Assembly (NCBI GenBank): GCA_047601445.1
Contig: JASGJH010000001.1
Coordinates: forward strand, 1,056,001 to 1,120,000
Direction of reading: 5' to 3'
DNA from: Myxococcales bacterium
GTDB taxonomy: Bacteria; Myxococcota_A; Polyangia; Polyangiales; DASUME01
Length of the DNA stretch: 64,000 bases
Below, in pieces: positions 1 through 13,233 of this stretch. A program made the position numbers and the translations under genes. A model generated the notes under the pieces. That model had not been told where the DNA came from. It ran no database searches and saw only the letters and a list, made by a program, of their open reading frames with translations. The number at the start of each line of letters is the position of its first letter. Within the stretch, counting starts at the first letter, position 1.

Positions 1-533
1 GCCTAGCGGCGCGCCCGCGGAGGTCGTCGAGCGCGCCCGCCGCTGTGGCGGTATGGATTCAGAACGTACTGGCATTGCTGGAATCTCGCCGTGGGGCCTT
101 GAATCGGCCGTCAGGGTTCTCGTCCTGGAATGCGTCGAAGCGCGCGGGTTCGCCCGCGAGCCCTACTAAGAATCGCACTGCAGTCACGTGGTCCCCGCCT
201 CCGGGCGTCATGGCATTGGTGTAACCGAGCTGCGCGCTCGGCGCCACTTCTGGCACGTTCCGTTGGCTGGAGCGCGCCCTTCGGCACGCTAACTACAAGA
301 GACATCACACTGGGCTGGAGAGCCGGCTCGTGGGCTTGCCGACCCGGGGCGGGGCGGGAGCTACTCACCTGGCTGGCAACACGATCAGGAAGGCTCAGGA
401 CCCGTCACCTCTTGCGGAACTCCGTAACGCTTCGGGTACCGCAACGACCGTCAATTTCCCCCGCGTTCGTGCGATAGGCAAGCGAAAACGCTCCTAGCTG
501 TGGGACCCTGTACGTGTACGTAGCTTAGGACGG

Positions 534-2339
<1,806 letters not shown>

Positions 2340-2519
2340 CGGCCCACCCTCTGCCCCTACAACCAAGCTGAGCGGCGACTATATGCCGCTGGAGCCGATT
2401 TGGTACACCGACCCAAACGTCTCGGCAGTCTGCAGTCACCCCTGCGGCCTTAACGGCGACAGGCCGCCCCGTGGGACGGCCTGCCAGCGCGTGAATGCTG
2501 CTCCGAGACGAACGCCGCC

Positions 2520-3774
<1,255 letters not shown>

Positions 3775-3886
3775 TCGGTTCGACCTCACCGTTCGACAGA
3801 CACCAAAAATCAGAAACCAGCAATCAGTCTACCGTCCGCGATCTGCTGTCGCAATAACGGGTAGCTATCCCCCAAATATCCCGAAG

Positions 3887-4516
3887 TTACTTCCCGGACT
3901 TCGAGGCTCGGGGATAGATAACGTCGTCGATAAGCCCGTATTCCTTGGCCTCGGGGGCGGACAGGTATCGATCACGCTCCGTGTCGTCCTTAATGCGCTC
4001 CACGCTTTGGCCGGTGTGGGACGCCATAATCTCATTCAGGCGTTGGCGCACAGCCAGGATTTCCTTGGCGTGAATCTCGATGTCTGTGGCCTGACCACGG
4101 AACCCACCCAGGGGCTGGTGGATCATGACGCGGCTGTTCGGGAGTGCGCGGCGGCGACCCGCAGCACCTGCTGCAAGCAGCACGGCGCCCATGGAGGCTG
4201 CCTGGCCGAGCACGACCGTGGCCACCGGGCACCGCACGTACTGCATGGTGTCGTAGATGGCCATGCCCGCCGTGATCACACCGCCAGGGCTGTTGATGTA
4301 GAGCGTGATTTCCTTGTCGGGGTCTTCACTCTCCAAGAACAGCAGCTGGGCAATGATGAGATTCGCGACGGTGTCGTTGACCTCGGTGCCGAGGAATACG
4401 ATGCGGTCCTTGAGGAGCCGGCTGTAAACATCCCAGGTGCGCTCACCTCGGTGGGTGGTCTCGACCACAACCGGATTCGGAATATAGAGACTGGGAGCAA
4501 TCTTCTCGTCGGCCAC
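3887..4516 (-). CDS. clpP: ATP-dependent Clp protease proteolytic subunit
   Basis: [29 protein letters not shown] (catalytic Ser), MIHQP (His); lies between tig and clpX. GTG start at 4516 follows a purine-rich SD. Confidence 0.97.
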   Translation of the reverse strand: MADEKIAPSLYIPNPVVVETTHRGERTWDVYSRLLKDRIVFLGTEVNDTVANLIIAQLLFLESEDPDKEITLYINSPGGVITAGMAIYDTMQYVRCPVATVVLGQAASMGAVLLAAGAAGRRRALPNSRVMIHQPLGGFRGQATDIEIHAKEILAVRQRLNEIMASHTGQSVERIKDDTERDRYLSAPEAKEYGLIDDVIYPRASKSGK

Positions 4517-4574
4517 GCGCTTCCCCCTTGGAACCCGGCGGCGCACCCCCTCTACAAGCGACGTGCGCGCGCGA

Positions 4575-5843
4575 TCAGGTTGCAGATTCAGTGATGGTAG
4601 CCCGACCGAGGAGATACTCAAGCAGCTTCTCTTCGAGGATCTGTGACTCCATCATCTCGCGCTGTTCGCCCTGCATTTCGGCGCGCAGCTTGGCGACGTG
4701 CTTGCCGCTGCGTTCGGCCATCTCGGCCAGCTTCTTGTCGACGTCCGCGCCTTCGACCTTGATGCCGTTGAGGCGCGCGATGGCTCCCAACAAGAGGGCC
4801 GCGCGCACACGACGCTCGGCGTTCTCCTTGGTGGTGCTCATGAGATCTTCACCGAGGTCCATGCGCTGACCGGTCATGCGGATCATCCGCACGTACTCCT
4901 GAAGCATGGCCTGTTGCTGCTGCGCCACGAGGGAAGGGGGCACATCGATGGGGTTCTTTTCGAGCACCTTGTCCACGACCTGCTCGCGCAGCGCGTTCTC
5001 GGCGTTCTGCTTGGCGCTGTCCTCGAGGCGGCCGCGAGTCTTCTGCTTGAGCTCATCCAGCGAGGCGTGTTCCAGATCCTTGGCGAACTCGTCGTCGAGC
5101 GCGGGCAGAACCTTCTCCTTGATCTCCTTGATCTCGAGATCGAAGGCGCCGGCCTTGCCGGCGAACTCACCGCCCTGATCAGCCGGGAACGTGACTTCGG
5201 CGCGCGCCTTGTCGCCGACGTTCTTGCCGATGAGCGCGGTCTTCAGCTCGGGCAGGAGGCCGCCTGCCAGGTCGATGGGGCGATCGTTGGCCGCCAGCTC
5301 GGGCCGATCGTTGCCTTCGATGGACACGCGGTAGCTGCAGGTGAGGATGTCGCCCTCTTGGCTCGCACGCGCGGGCTCGGGCGCCTTGAGCTCGGAGTTC
5401 TGCTGACGCAGGCGCTCGATGGCTTCGTCGACCTGCGCTTCGCTGACGTCGCTCTTCTCGCGCACCAGGGCCAGGCCATCGATGTCGACCTTGTCGATCT
5501 TGGGGCGCACCTCGATCTTGGCCGTGAAGTTCAGGGGCTCGCCGGCCTTGAGCTCGGGCAGGCTCTCCATGGGGGGCACCGCCACCACGGTGAGCTGGTG
5601 CTGCTCCACGGCCTTGCCGAGTCCGGCCTCGATCAGGTTGTTCACGACCTCGCGCTTCACGCGCGGCCCGAACAGTTGCTTCAGGACGTTGCGCGGCACC
5701 TTGCCAGGGCGGAAGCCCTTGACCTTGGCAGTCCGACCGAGCTCGGAATAGCTGCCTTCCATGGCTTTCTCTACATCGGTCCACGGAACTTCCACGCTGA
5801 CCTGGACCATGACCGAGCTGATTTCGCTGATTTGCGATTGCAT
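4575..5843 (-). CDS. tig: Trigger factor
   Basis: GFRPGKVP ribosome-binding signature, FKBP-like middle domain, LDDEFAK; tig-clpP-clpX gene order. Confidence 0.96.
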   Translation of the reverse strand: MQSQISEISSVMVQVSVEVPWTDVEKAMEGSYSELGRTAKVKGFRPGKVPRNVLKQLFGPRVKREVVNNLIEAGLGKAVEQHQLTVVAVPPMESLPELKAGEPLNFTAKIEVRPKIDKVDIDGLALVREKSDVSEAQVDEAIERLRQQNSELKAPEPARASQEGDILTCSYRVSIEGNDRPELAANDRPIDLAGGLLPELKTALIGKNVGDKARAEVTFPADQGGEFAGKAGAFDLEIKEIKEKVLPALDDEFAKDLEHASLDELKQKTRGRLEDSAKQNAENALREQVVDKVLEKNPIDVPPSLVAQQQQAMLQEYVRMIRMTGQRMDLGEDLMSTTKENAERRVRAALLLGAIARLNGIKVEGADVDKKLAEMAERSGKHVAKLRAEMQGEQREMMESQILEEKLLEYLLGRATITESAT

Positions 5844-6012
5844 CGCGCGACGCCTCTACTTTTTCGGAGAAAAGAGGGCGGTTGAATAGTGTCCGGACCC
5901 CCGCATGGCAAGCCGGCGTCTGGAGAGGGCGCGCCCATTTGGGCCTTGATCGGCCGAAGCGTGCGGGGACGCGCGTGAGCGGGATGGAGGCGCGGCGGGT
6001 GAGCCAGGTCGG

Positions 6013-6438
6013 CTACTGTAAGTGCACGAGTTCCATGTTCAGCTCGGCGGCCACCTCGAAGATGCGCGCGTCACGGTAGAACTCCCCGTAGACCACCCGC
6101 TGCAGGCCCGCGTTGGCGATCATCTTGAAGCAGCTCCAGCAGGGGGAGGCGGTCACGTAGATGGACGCGCCCTCGATGCGGGTGCCATGGGTGGCGGCCT
6201 GGATCACGGCGTTGGCCTCGGCGTGGATGGTGCGCACGCAGTGGCCGTCCTCCATCATGTGGTCGGACTCGTCGCAGTGCGGCATGCCGCGGATGCTCCC
6301 GTTGTAGCCGGTCGAGAGGATGACCTTGTCGCGTACGATGAGCGCGCCGACGTGCTTACGGCTGCAGGTTGAGCGGGTGGCGACTTCACGGGCGATGTTC
6401 ATGAAGTACTGATCCCAAGAGACGCGGGCCTGGCTCAT
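6013..6438 (-). CDS. Deoxycytidylate (dCMP) deaminase / ComEB family
   Basis: SWDQYFM, RSTC, GYNG, HAEANA and PCWSC zinc motifs. Confidence 0.92.
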   Translation of the reverse strand: MSQARVSWDQYFMNIAREVATRSTCSRKHVGALIVRDKVILSTGYNGSIRGMPHCDESDHMMEDGHCVRTIHAEANAVIQAATHGTRIEGASIYVTASPCWSCFKMIANAGLQRVVYGEFYRDARIFEVAAELNMELVHLQ

Positions 6439-6510
6439 GGGCGGCGATATAGACGCGCACGCCGATTGCGTCCACGAGGGGCAGGGCCGCCGCGGGGCGC
6501 CCGGTTGGGC

Positions 6511-7869
6511 TCAGGGGACGTCGGCGGCGCGCTCTTTGGCGAAGCGGGCGAAGAGCTCTTCGGTGGCCGCAGCGGGCAGACCGCGCGCGACGATCAGGGT
6601 GGCGCCAACCTGGAGCGCGCGGCGGTCCAGGCCGTAGGTGTCGCGAAGCTGACCGAGACGGGAGTGCGCGCCGCGAGCGTCCTTGGCGGAGCCGAAGCGG
6701 AGGCACCATACGCTGGCGTCCCCTCCGAGACCGTCTCCCTGGAGGGGTTCCAGCACGGCGTAGCGGTCGCCTCGCCAGGCTCGCGTGAGCGCCGCGACGG
6801 CCGGCTCGGGGAGGCCGAGTGCCACGCCAAACTCGAGGCTGCCGAGCACGTCCTGGTCCACCTGGCGATAGCCGTGGGCCTCGAGCCAGGAGAGGTCCGG
6901 GAGCTCGACTCTGGGCTCGCGGGCAGGGCTCTGGGCGGGCTGAAAGTAGCGCGGTTCGATCACGGAGAGCGTCGCCCCGGGGACGTTGGCGTGGGCTTGA
7001 TTCACCGCCTCCCACTCGCCTCGCAGAAACAGGCTGGCAGCGAAGAGGGCGCCGCTGCGATAGCGGAAGAGCAAGGGCTCGCGCACGATGGCTGGGGCCG
7101 CCTTGAGCGCGCCCGTGATGCGGTCGGGGGAGGCGCCGAGACTGTTCTGGAGCTGCAAGCGGTCGCGCACCACTTCCTGCAGCGTGACCCCCGCTTTGCC
7201 AGCCACGTATCCCAGCATGGCCAGGGTGGCATCGCCCTCGACCAGGGCTCCGAAGGCGTTGTCGCCGTCGGTGGTGCGCTCCACGTCCATGGCTGCTCCC
7301 AGACCGAGGTGTTGATCTTGGAGGGCGTGCACGAGCTCATGAACCACGGTGGCGCGCCACTCGAGATCGTTGGCCGAGCTCACCTTGCCGAGGGCCCGCG
7401 CCACGTCGTCGCGGACCGCGAGCAGGCGCTCCTTGGGGTCGTAGTAGCCGATCAGTTCCTCTTCCATGAGGCTTTCCAGGAGGTCTCGCACGTCGAGCTT
7501 CGGGTCCAGCAGACCGAGGGCCACGTAGCGGCGCCGACCGCGCACCAGATCCTCCTGTTCGATGGCGCGGCTCACGTACCCGCGCATCGCGGTGCGATTC
7601 TGGATCCGCACCTGGACCGGCTCCTTGAAGCGCAGCTTGCGAATGCGTTCGGTTTCTCCGACGAGCTCGGAGATCAAGTGCGCTTCGTTGGGCGTGGGGA
7701 GCCGCGACAGTCCCGCGCTGGGGGCCGGCATTTGCGCGGCAGGTGGAGGAGGCGGCGCGGCCGGTGACGCCGACCGAGGGGGCGGAGTCGGTGCGGGGAG
7801 GCTGGAGCCGCAGCCCGATTGCACGAGTGCGTAGGCGACGAGCAGGGCGGCGAAGAGTTGGTTCGCCAC
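6511..7869 (-). CDS. Putative lipoprotein with HEXXH zinc-metallopeptidase motif
   Basis: Signal peptide ending VQSGC, Pro-rich linker, GYYDP, HELVHALQDQH, then LVEGDAT (gluzincin-like third ligand). Start uncertain (7869 or 7905). Confidence 0.7.
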   Translation of the reverse strand: MANQLFAALLVAYALVQSGCGSSLPAPTPPPRSASPAAPPPPPAAQMPAPSAGLSRLPTPNEAHLISELVGETERIRKLRFKEPVQVRIQNRTAMRGYVSRAIEQEDLVRGRRRYVALGLLDPKLDVRDLLESLMEEELIGYYDPKERLLAVRDDVARALGKVSSANDLEWRATVVHELVHALQDQHLGLGAAMDVERTTDGDNAFGALVEGDATLAMLGYVAGKAGVTLQEVVRDRLQLQNSLGASPDRITGALKAAPAIVREPLLFRYRSGALFAASLFLRGEWEAVNQAHANVPGATLSVIEPRYFQPAQSPAREPRVELPDLSWLEAHGYRQVDQDVLGSLEFGVALGLPEPAVAALTRAWRGDRYAVLEPLQGDGLGGDASVWCLRFGSAKDARGAHSRLGQLRDTYGLDRRALQVGATLIVARGLPAAATEELFARFAKERAADVP

Positions 7870-7901
7870 CGAACGACCAGGGCACTTCGTGGGGACCGAA
7901 C

Positions 7902-9554
7902 TCAATGTTTCACGACGTGCACAAGGACCATGCAGACCGCTCGCTGTCCGATGCTCTCGAGGAAGAAACGCGTCATGCGCCGACGGACATGTTCCCTCAA
8001 TGCGTCCAGGTCGTTCAACAGGGAGTCGTCGACCGCCTGCCGAAACGCGCGCTTGGCCGCCAAACGGGCCTGGCTCACGAACTCGCGCGGCTCGGGCCCC
8101 AGCAGCACGCCACGGGTGCTGAGGTCGGGTTGGGTCACGAAGTTGCCGCGCACGTCCACCACGAAGGAGACCGCGATGGTTCCCAGCTCGGCCAGGCGCG
8201 AGCGGTCGGCCAGCACCTCGTCGGGCACGTCCTGTCCCCGCATGACATGGACTCGCCCGCTCGTGACCCGGTCGACCACCCGCAGCGACCGCGCGTCGAG
8301 CTCGACCACGTCGCCGTTTTGGGCCAGCGTGGTGTGGCGGACGCCCATTTCACGCGCGAGTTCCGCGTGTCGACTCAAGTGATGAAAGGTGCCGTGCACC
8401 GGCATGAAAAACTCGGGCCGCGTGAGCTCGAGCATGGTGCGCTGCTCCTGTCGATGCGCGTGCCCGCTCACGTGAACGGCGCGATTGGTGCGCCGCTCCA
8501 CCACTTCGACGCCTTGGAGTAGGAGGCGGTCGATGACGTCGATGACGGGGCGATCGTTGCCCGGAATGATGCGCGACGAGAGGATCACGGTGTCCCCAGG
8601 TTCGAGCGCAATCTGCGGATGCACCCGGCGTGCGATACGGGCCAGGGCGCTGGCCGGCTCGGCCTGAGAACCTGTGGCCGCGAACAGCACGCGCTGTCTG
8701 GGCAGCTCCATGGCCTGCTGGGGCGTGATGAGGATGTCGTCGGAGCGATCGAGGTAGCCCGTGCTCTGGGCCACGCGCGAGTGGGTCTGCACCGAGCGTC
8801 CGAGCCAGCAAAGCTTGCGGCGGGTGCGGCGCGCGATGTCGAGGGCGGCGCGCAGGCGGTGGGTATTGGAGGCGAACAGCGTGATGAGCACGCGGCCCGT
8901 GGCGGCTTCGACCAGCTCCTCCAGCATGCTGGCCACCGGTTGCTCGCTGCCTGCGCTGCCTTCGGTGTCCACGTTGGTGGAGTCGCTCAAGAGCAGACGC
9001 ACGCCCGCATCGCCGAGGGCGCGGAAACGCTCCGCGTCGAAACGCTCGTGATCAGGCGGCGTGGGATCGATCTTGAAGTCGCCCGTGTGGATGATGGTGC
9101 CCACGGGCGTGCTCAGTGCCAGCGCCGTGGCATCGGCGATGGAGTGGGTGACCCGCACCGGCTCGGCGTCGAAAGGGCCAAATTGGAAGCGCTGACCGGG
9201 CGCGATGGGAAAGAGCTCCGGGCTGCGCCGCAGGGCGTGCTCGGACAGGCGCTCTTTGATCAGGGCCAGCGCATAGGGCGGGCCGTAGACGGGCATCGGG
9301 TGTTCGCGCAGCAAATACGGAATCGCGCCGATGTGGTCTTCGTGGCCGTGGGTGACCCAGAGGGCCGTGCGCGCACGCGGTTCTTCCTTGAGGAAGGAGA
9401 AGTCGGGCCGAATCACGTCGGTGCCGAAGGGATGATCGGGAAAGGTCACGCCGCAGTCGATCAGCAGACGCTGATCACCGCATTCGACCGACATGCAGTT
9501 CATGCCGATTTCGCCGAGCCCACCCAAAGGAACCAGTCGAACACGCTCTGTCAC
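7902..9554 (-). CDS. rnj: Ribonuclease J
   Basis: LGGLGEIGMN, THGHEDHIG, VTHSI, HTGDFKID, SDSTN, HVSGHA, PVHG motifs of the beta-CASP RNase J family. Confidence 0.95.
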   Translation of the reverse strand: MTERVRLVPLGGLGEIGMNCMSVECGDQRLLIDCGVTFPDHPFGTDVIRPDFSFLKEEPRARTALWVTHGHEDHIGAIPYLLREHPMPVYGPPYALALIKERLSEHALRRSPELFPIAPGQRFQFGPFDAEPVRVTHSIADATALALSTPVGTIIHTGDFKIDPTPPDHERFDAERFRALGDAGVRLLLSDSTNVDTEGSAGSEQPVASMLEELVEAATGRVLITLFASNTHRLRAALDIARRTRRKLCWLGRSVQTHSRVAQSTGYLDRSDDILITPQQAMELPRQRVLFAATGSQAEPASALARIARRVHPQIALEPGDTVILSSRIIPGNDRPVIDVIDRLLLQGVEVVERRTNRAVHVSGHAHRQEQRTMLELTRPEFFMPVHGTFHHLSRHAELAREMGVRHTTLAQNGDVVELDARSLRVVDRVTSGRVHVMRGQDVPDEVLADRSRLAELGTIAVSFVVDVRGNFVTQPDLSTRGVLLGPEPREFVSQARLAAKRAFRQAVDDSLLNDLDALREHVRRRMTRFFLESIGQRAVCMVLVHVVKH

Positions 9555-9696
9555 AGCACCCCGCCGGCTGAATCTTAGTCGGGGACCTCGGGGCGTCACG
9601 CGGGGAGCGGTTTCAAGCTGCGGGTATCACTGGTAGTTTGAGGCGGACCCGAGATTGACCGTGCGTTTGCGGGCGTGCTACGAGCGGCCCACGCCT

Positions 9697-11757
9697 ATGC
9701 GCAGACGCCTGCTCATCACCAGCCTAATCGCGCTGGCCGCGCCCTTTGGCCTCTCTCCTCGCGGCGCCGTCGCACAGGAACCGCCGCCGGCCGAGCCCGC
9801 TCCGAGTGAGCCTCCGCAGTCTGCCCCGGGTGAGCCTGCGCCAGAACCCATCGAGGAACCTGCGGCCGCCGAACCGAGCGCCGAACCCGCGCCTGCGCCG
9901 GCCCCGCTCCCCGCGGTGGAGCTGCCCAGTGTGGGCCCGGCCCTGCCCGACCCGAACGACGCCGCTGCCAAGTTGGAACAGGCTGCGCCTCCGGCCCCCG
10001 TGGAGAGGAAATGGTGGCGGGCGCCCGAGACCATGTTCCACCTGCACGGCTACTTCCGCCTACGCGCCAACCTGCTCAAGAGCGGCGACCTTGGCCACTC
10101 GGGAGCCTACGACCGCCTGCCAGGCGTCGTCTCCGACGCCCCGCGCCAGAATTACGACCCCTTCATCTACTTCGCTCCGGCGGACTCCACCCGCGTGTAC
10201 TCGGTCGACAACCAGAATATGTCGACGGGCAATGGTGGGGGCACTGGCGCCCTGGCGCCGGCCCCCGTGGGGGGTGGCTGCGGCGATTCCCCCTCGGCCG
10301 CGGGGGAGGGCCTCTGCGACAAGAAGACGCAGGTGTCCGGCGACATGCGCCTGCGCTTGAAGCCCGAAGTCCACCTGAGCGACGACGTGCGCGTGAAGGC
10401 CTGGATCGACGTGCTCGACAACGTCGGCCTCGGCACCATGGGCTACGGGCCCAACAACTTCGACGAGAAGAACGTGATCCGGGTGCGCCGCGTGTGGGGC
10501 GAGGCGCGCAACCGCGACATCGGTGAGCTCCGCTTCGGTCGCATGGGCGCCGACTGGGGTCTCGGCATTCTCGACAACGGCGGTGATCGCAACGGCATCG
10601 ACTCGGACTTCTCGTCCGACGTGGATCGTATTATGGCGATCACGAATCTGGCCGGGTTCTACATGTTCGCGGCCTACGACTTCGCGAGCCAGAACTACGT
10701 GTCTCCAGGCAGCGCCACGCCGTCGGGGGTTCCCGTCGATCGCGCGCAGAAGGACGACTATCGCGTCGTGACCCTGTCGGCCGCGCACAAGCTCGAGCCC
10801 GAGCTGCAGCAGAGCGCTCTTCTGCGCGGTGAGAGCGTGTTCAACTATGGCGCCTACTTCGTCTGGCGCGATCAGTTCCTCAAGTTCAACAAGCCCTACG
10901 CCGATGAGCAGTCTCATACGGTCATGCAGGGCGCGAACGACAATCACCTGTTCTCGCGCTTCAACCAGAAGACGTACATCCCCGACCTCTGGTTGCAGTT
11001 CTTGTGGGAAGGTTTGCGCATCGAGCTCGAAGCGGCGTTCGTCGCCGGCTCCCTCGAGGGCGGCTGCCCCAAGCTCATCGAGTCCTCGGGCACCCAGGGG
11101 CCGTTCCGAAACGCCCAGGAGGCCACCGAGGCCTACGGTTCGGCGACCCTCAAGCGTGCCACCGGCGGGCAGTGCAAGTTCCGGCAGCTCGGCGTCGCGC
11201 TCGAGAGCGAGTACCGGTTGTTCGATGATCGCCTGGGCATCTACTTCATGTCCGGTCTGGCCACCGGTGACAGTCAGTCCTACGGCTTGGCCCAAACCAA
11301 CGACCCATCGCTGCAGCGCGTGACCGACTCCCAGGACGTCGGTAACCGCACCATCTCGACGTACCAGTTCCACCCGGACTACCGCGTGGACTTGATCCTC
11401 TGGCGCACGATCATGCGTCGCGTCGCAGGTGGCTACTACTTCAAGCCCGGCATCAGCTACGACTTCATCCACGACTCCTATGGGCAGCGTGCGGGTGGCC
11501 GGTTGGACATCATCTACAGCCGCGCGACCAACCCCCAGCAGGCTTACGGCGCGAGCGGCAACCTCGGCCTCGAAGCGGACCTCTCGCTCTACTACCGCAG
11601 CCAGGACGGCCCCGACCCCTTCGACGGCTTCTACGGCATGCTGCAGGCCGGCGTGCTGTTCCCCTTCCAGGGCCTCGACTACGTCAAGGGCATCCAGGGC
11701 GCCCCGAGCACCGAGACGGCGTTCATGATGCGCATGGTGGCCGGCATCGCGTTCTGA
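9697..11757 (+). CDS. Outer-membrane beta-barrel protein, myxobacterial type (resembles TIGR04551 family)
   Basis: Signal peptide, Pro/Glu-rich linker, alternating amphipathic strands, C-terminal Phe (GIAF). Motifs HGYFRLR, GRMGADWGLG and FHPDYRVDLILWR are recalled from this family, not verified by search. Confidence 0.72.
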   Translation: MRRRLLITSLIALAAPFGLSPRGAVAQEPPPAEPAPSEPPQSAPGEPAPEPIEEPAAAEPSAEPAPAPAPLPAVELPSVGPALPDPNDAAAKLEQAAPPAPVERKWWRAPETMFHLHGYFRLRANLLKSGDLGHSGAYDRLPGVVSDAPRQNYDPFIYFAPADSTRVYSVDNQNMSTGNGGGTGALAPAPVGGGCGDSPSAAGEGLCDKKTQVSGDMRLRLKPEVHLSDDVRVKAWIDVLDNVGLGTMGYGPNNFDEKNVIRVRRVWGEARNRDIGELRFGRMGADWGLGILDNGGDRNGIDSDFSSDVDRIMAITNLAGFYMFAAYDFASQNYVSPGSATPSGVPVDRAQKDDYRVVTLSAAHKLEPELQQSALLRGESVFNYGAYFVWRDQFLKFNKPYADEQSHTVMQGANDNHLFSRFNQKTYIPDLWLQFLWEGLRIELEAAFVAGSLEGGCPKLIESSGTQGPFRNAQEATEAYGSATLKRATGGQCKFRQLGVALESEYRLFDDRLGIYFMSGLATGDSQSYGLAQTNDPSLQRVTDSQDVGNRTISTYQFHPDYRVDLILWRTIMRRVAGGYYFKPGISYDFIHDSYGQRAGGRLDIIYSRATNPQQAYGASGNLGLEADLSLYYRSQDGPDPFDGFYGMLQAGVLFPFQGLDYVKGIQGAPSTETAFMMRMVAGIAF

Positions 11758-11814
11758 ACCGCGCGGCGTTTTGCGCGCAACCGCGGCGGCAGTTGGGCCG
11801 ATACTGAACGCACC

Positions 11815-13224
11815 ATGGCCAAGTTGAAGACGGTCTATGTCTGCGCTGAGTGCGGCCAGAGCGCCCCGCGCTGGCTGGGGCGGTGTCCCAGCTGCAACGC
11901 CTGGGGCAGCCTGGCAGAGGAGCGCGAACGCAGTCCTGCCACGGCCACACGCCTGAGCGGTCACAGCGGAGGGGCGGGAGGCGCCGACGTCGACGCCAGC
12001 CGGGGCAAGCCTGTGAAGCTCTCCGAGGTCCAGCCCGACGGCGCCCGGCGCATGCCCACGGGCATCGCGGAGCTCGACCGTGTGTTGGGGGGCGGCCTGG
12101 TCGGGGGAGGCGTGGTGCTGGTGGGGGGCGACCCGGGCATTGGCAAGTCCACGCTGCTCTTGCAGGCTCTCGCCGGGCTCGCGGCCAACGGTCAGCGTGC
12201 GCTCTACGTCACCGGTGAAGAGTCCGGGGCCCAGGTGGCGCTGCGCGCTGCGCGCCTCGAGTGCGAGGGCGTGCACAGCGTGGAGGTGCTAGCGACCACC
12301 GAGCTCGAGCAAATCGAGGACGCCATGGCGAAGGCGCGCCCGTCGGCCATGGTGGTGGACAGCATCCAGACCATGCGCTGCGCCCAGCTCGAGTCGAGCG
12401 CGGGCACTGTGAGCCAGCTGCGTGAGGTCACCGCGCGCTTGGTGGACAACGCCAAGGCCCACGGCATCGGCGTGTTCTTGATCGGACACGTGACCAAGGA
12501 GGGCGCCATCGCCGGCCCCAAGGTGCTGGAGCACCTCGTGGACACGGTGCTGGCCTTCGAGGGCGATGCCACCTTGAGCTACCGCATCGTACGCACCACC
12601 AAGAACCGCTTCGGTGCCGCCCAGGAACTCGGCGTGTTCGAGATGGTGCGCGAGGGATTGCGCGAGGTACAGGACCCGAGTCGCCTGTTTCTCTCGGAGC
12701 GCCCTCAGCACGCCGCGGGGTCAGTGGTGGTTCCAACCGCGCAAGGGCAGCGTCCCCTGCTGGTGGAGGTCCAAGCGCTGGTGGCTCCGGCCGCGTACGG
12801 CGCGTCGCGCAGAGTGGCCACCGGCCTCGATGGCAATCGCCTGGCCATCCTGCTCGCGGTGCTCGAGCGCAAGGCGCATGTGCAGGTGCTGGATCAGGAC
12901 GTGTTCGTGAGCGTGGTGGGTGGAGCGCGCGTGGATGAGCCCGCAGTCGACCTCGCGCTCGCCGCCGCGATTGCTTCGAGCTTGCGCGACCGCCCGGTGC
13001 GTCATGACACCGTGTTGTTCGGGGAAGTGGGACTCACGGGGGAGGTCCGCTCCGTACCGCGTGCGGGCCAGCGCCTCGCCGAGGCGCGGAAACTGGGCTT
13101 TTCGCGGGCTATTTTGCCCGAGAGCTCGCTCGAGCGCCTACGCGCGGAAGAGCGCACCGGGCTCGATCTGGTGGGTGTGCGGACGCTCGCGGAGGCCTTG
13201 CAAGCCGTGTTCGGAGCGCGCTGA
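11815..13224 (+). CDS. radA: DNA repair protein RadA/Sms
   Basis: CAECG..CPSCNAW zinc finger, GDPGIGKST, VDSIQT, KNRFG motif, Lon-like C-terminus (GEVGLTGEVR). Confidence 0.97.
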   Translation: MAKLKTVYVCAECGQSAPRWLGRCPSCNAWGSLAEERERSPATATRLSGHSGGAGGADVDASRGKPVKLSEVQPDGARRMPTGIAELDRVLGGGLVGGGVVLVGGDPGIGKSTLLLQALAGLAANGQRALYVTGEESGAQVALRAARLECEGVHSVEVLATTELEQIEDAMAKARPSAMVVDSIQTMRCAQLESSAGTVSQLREVTARLVDNAKAHGIGVFLIGHVTKEGAIAGPKVLEHLVDTVLAFEGDATLSYRIVRTTKNRFGAAQELGVFEMVREGLREVQDPSRLFLSERPQHAAGSVVVPTAQGQRPLLVEVQALVAPAAYGASRRVATGLDGNRLAILLAVLERKAHVQVLDQDVFVSVVGGARVDEPAVDLALAAAIASSLRDRPVRHDTVLFGEVGLTGEVRSVPRAGQRLAEARKLGFSRAILPESSLERLRAEERTGLDLVGVRTLAEALQAVFGAR

Positions 13225-13233
13225 CCGAGGGCG

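Noticed and set aside
1..530. Possible ncRNA, small gene or sigma-54 promoter (TGGCACG at 251) at the window start
   Set aside because: No tRNA, tmRNA or RNase P hallmarks recognised. The short ORFs have no motifs, and TGGCACG lacks a correctly spaced -12 GC. Left unassigned.
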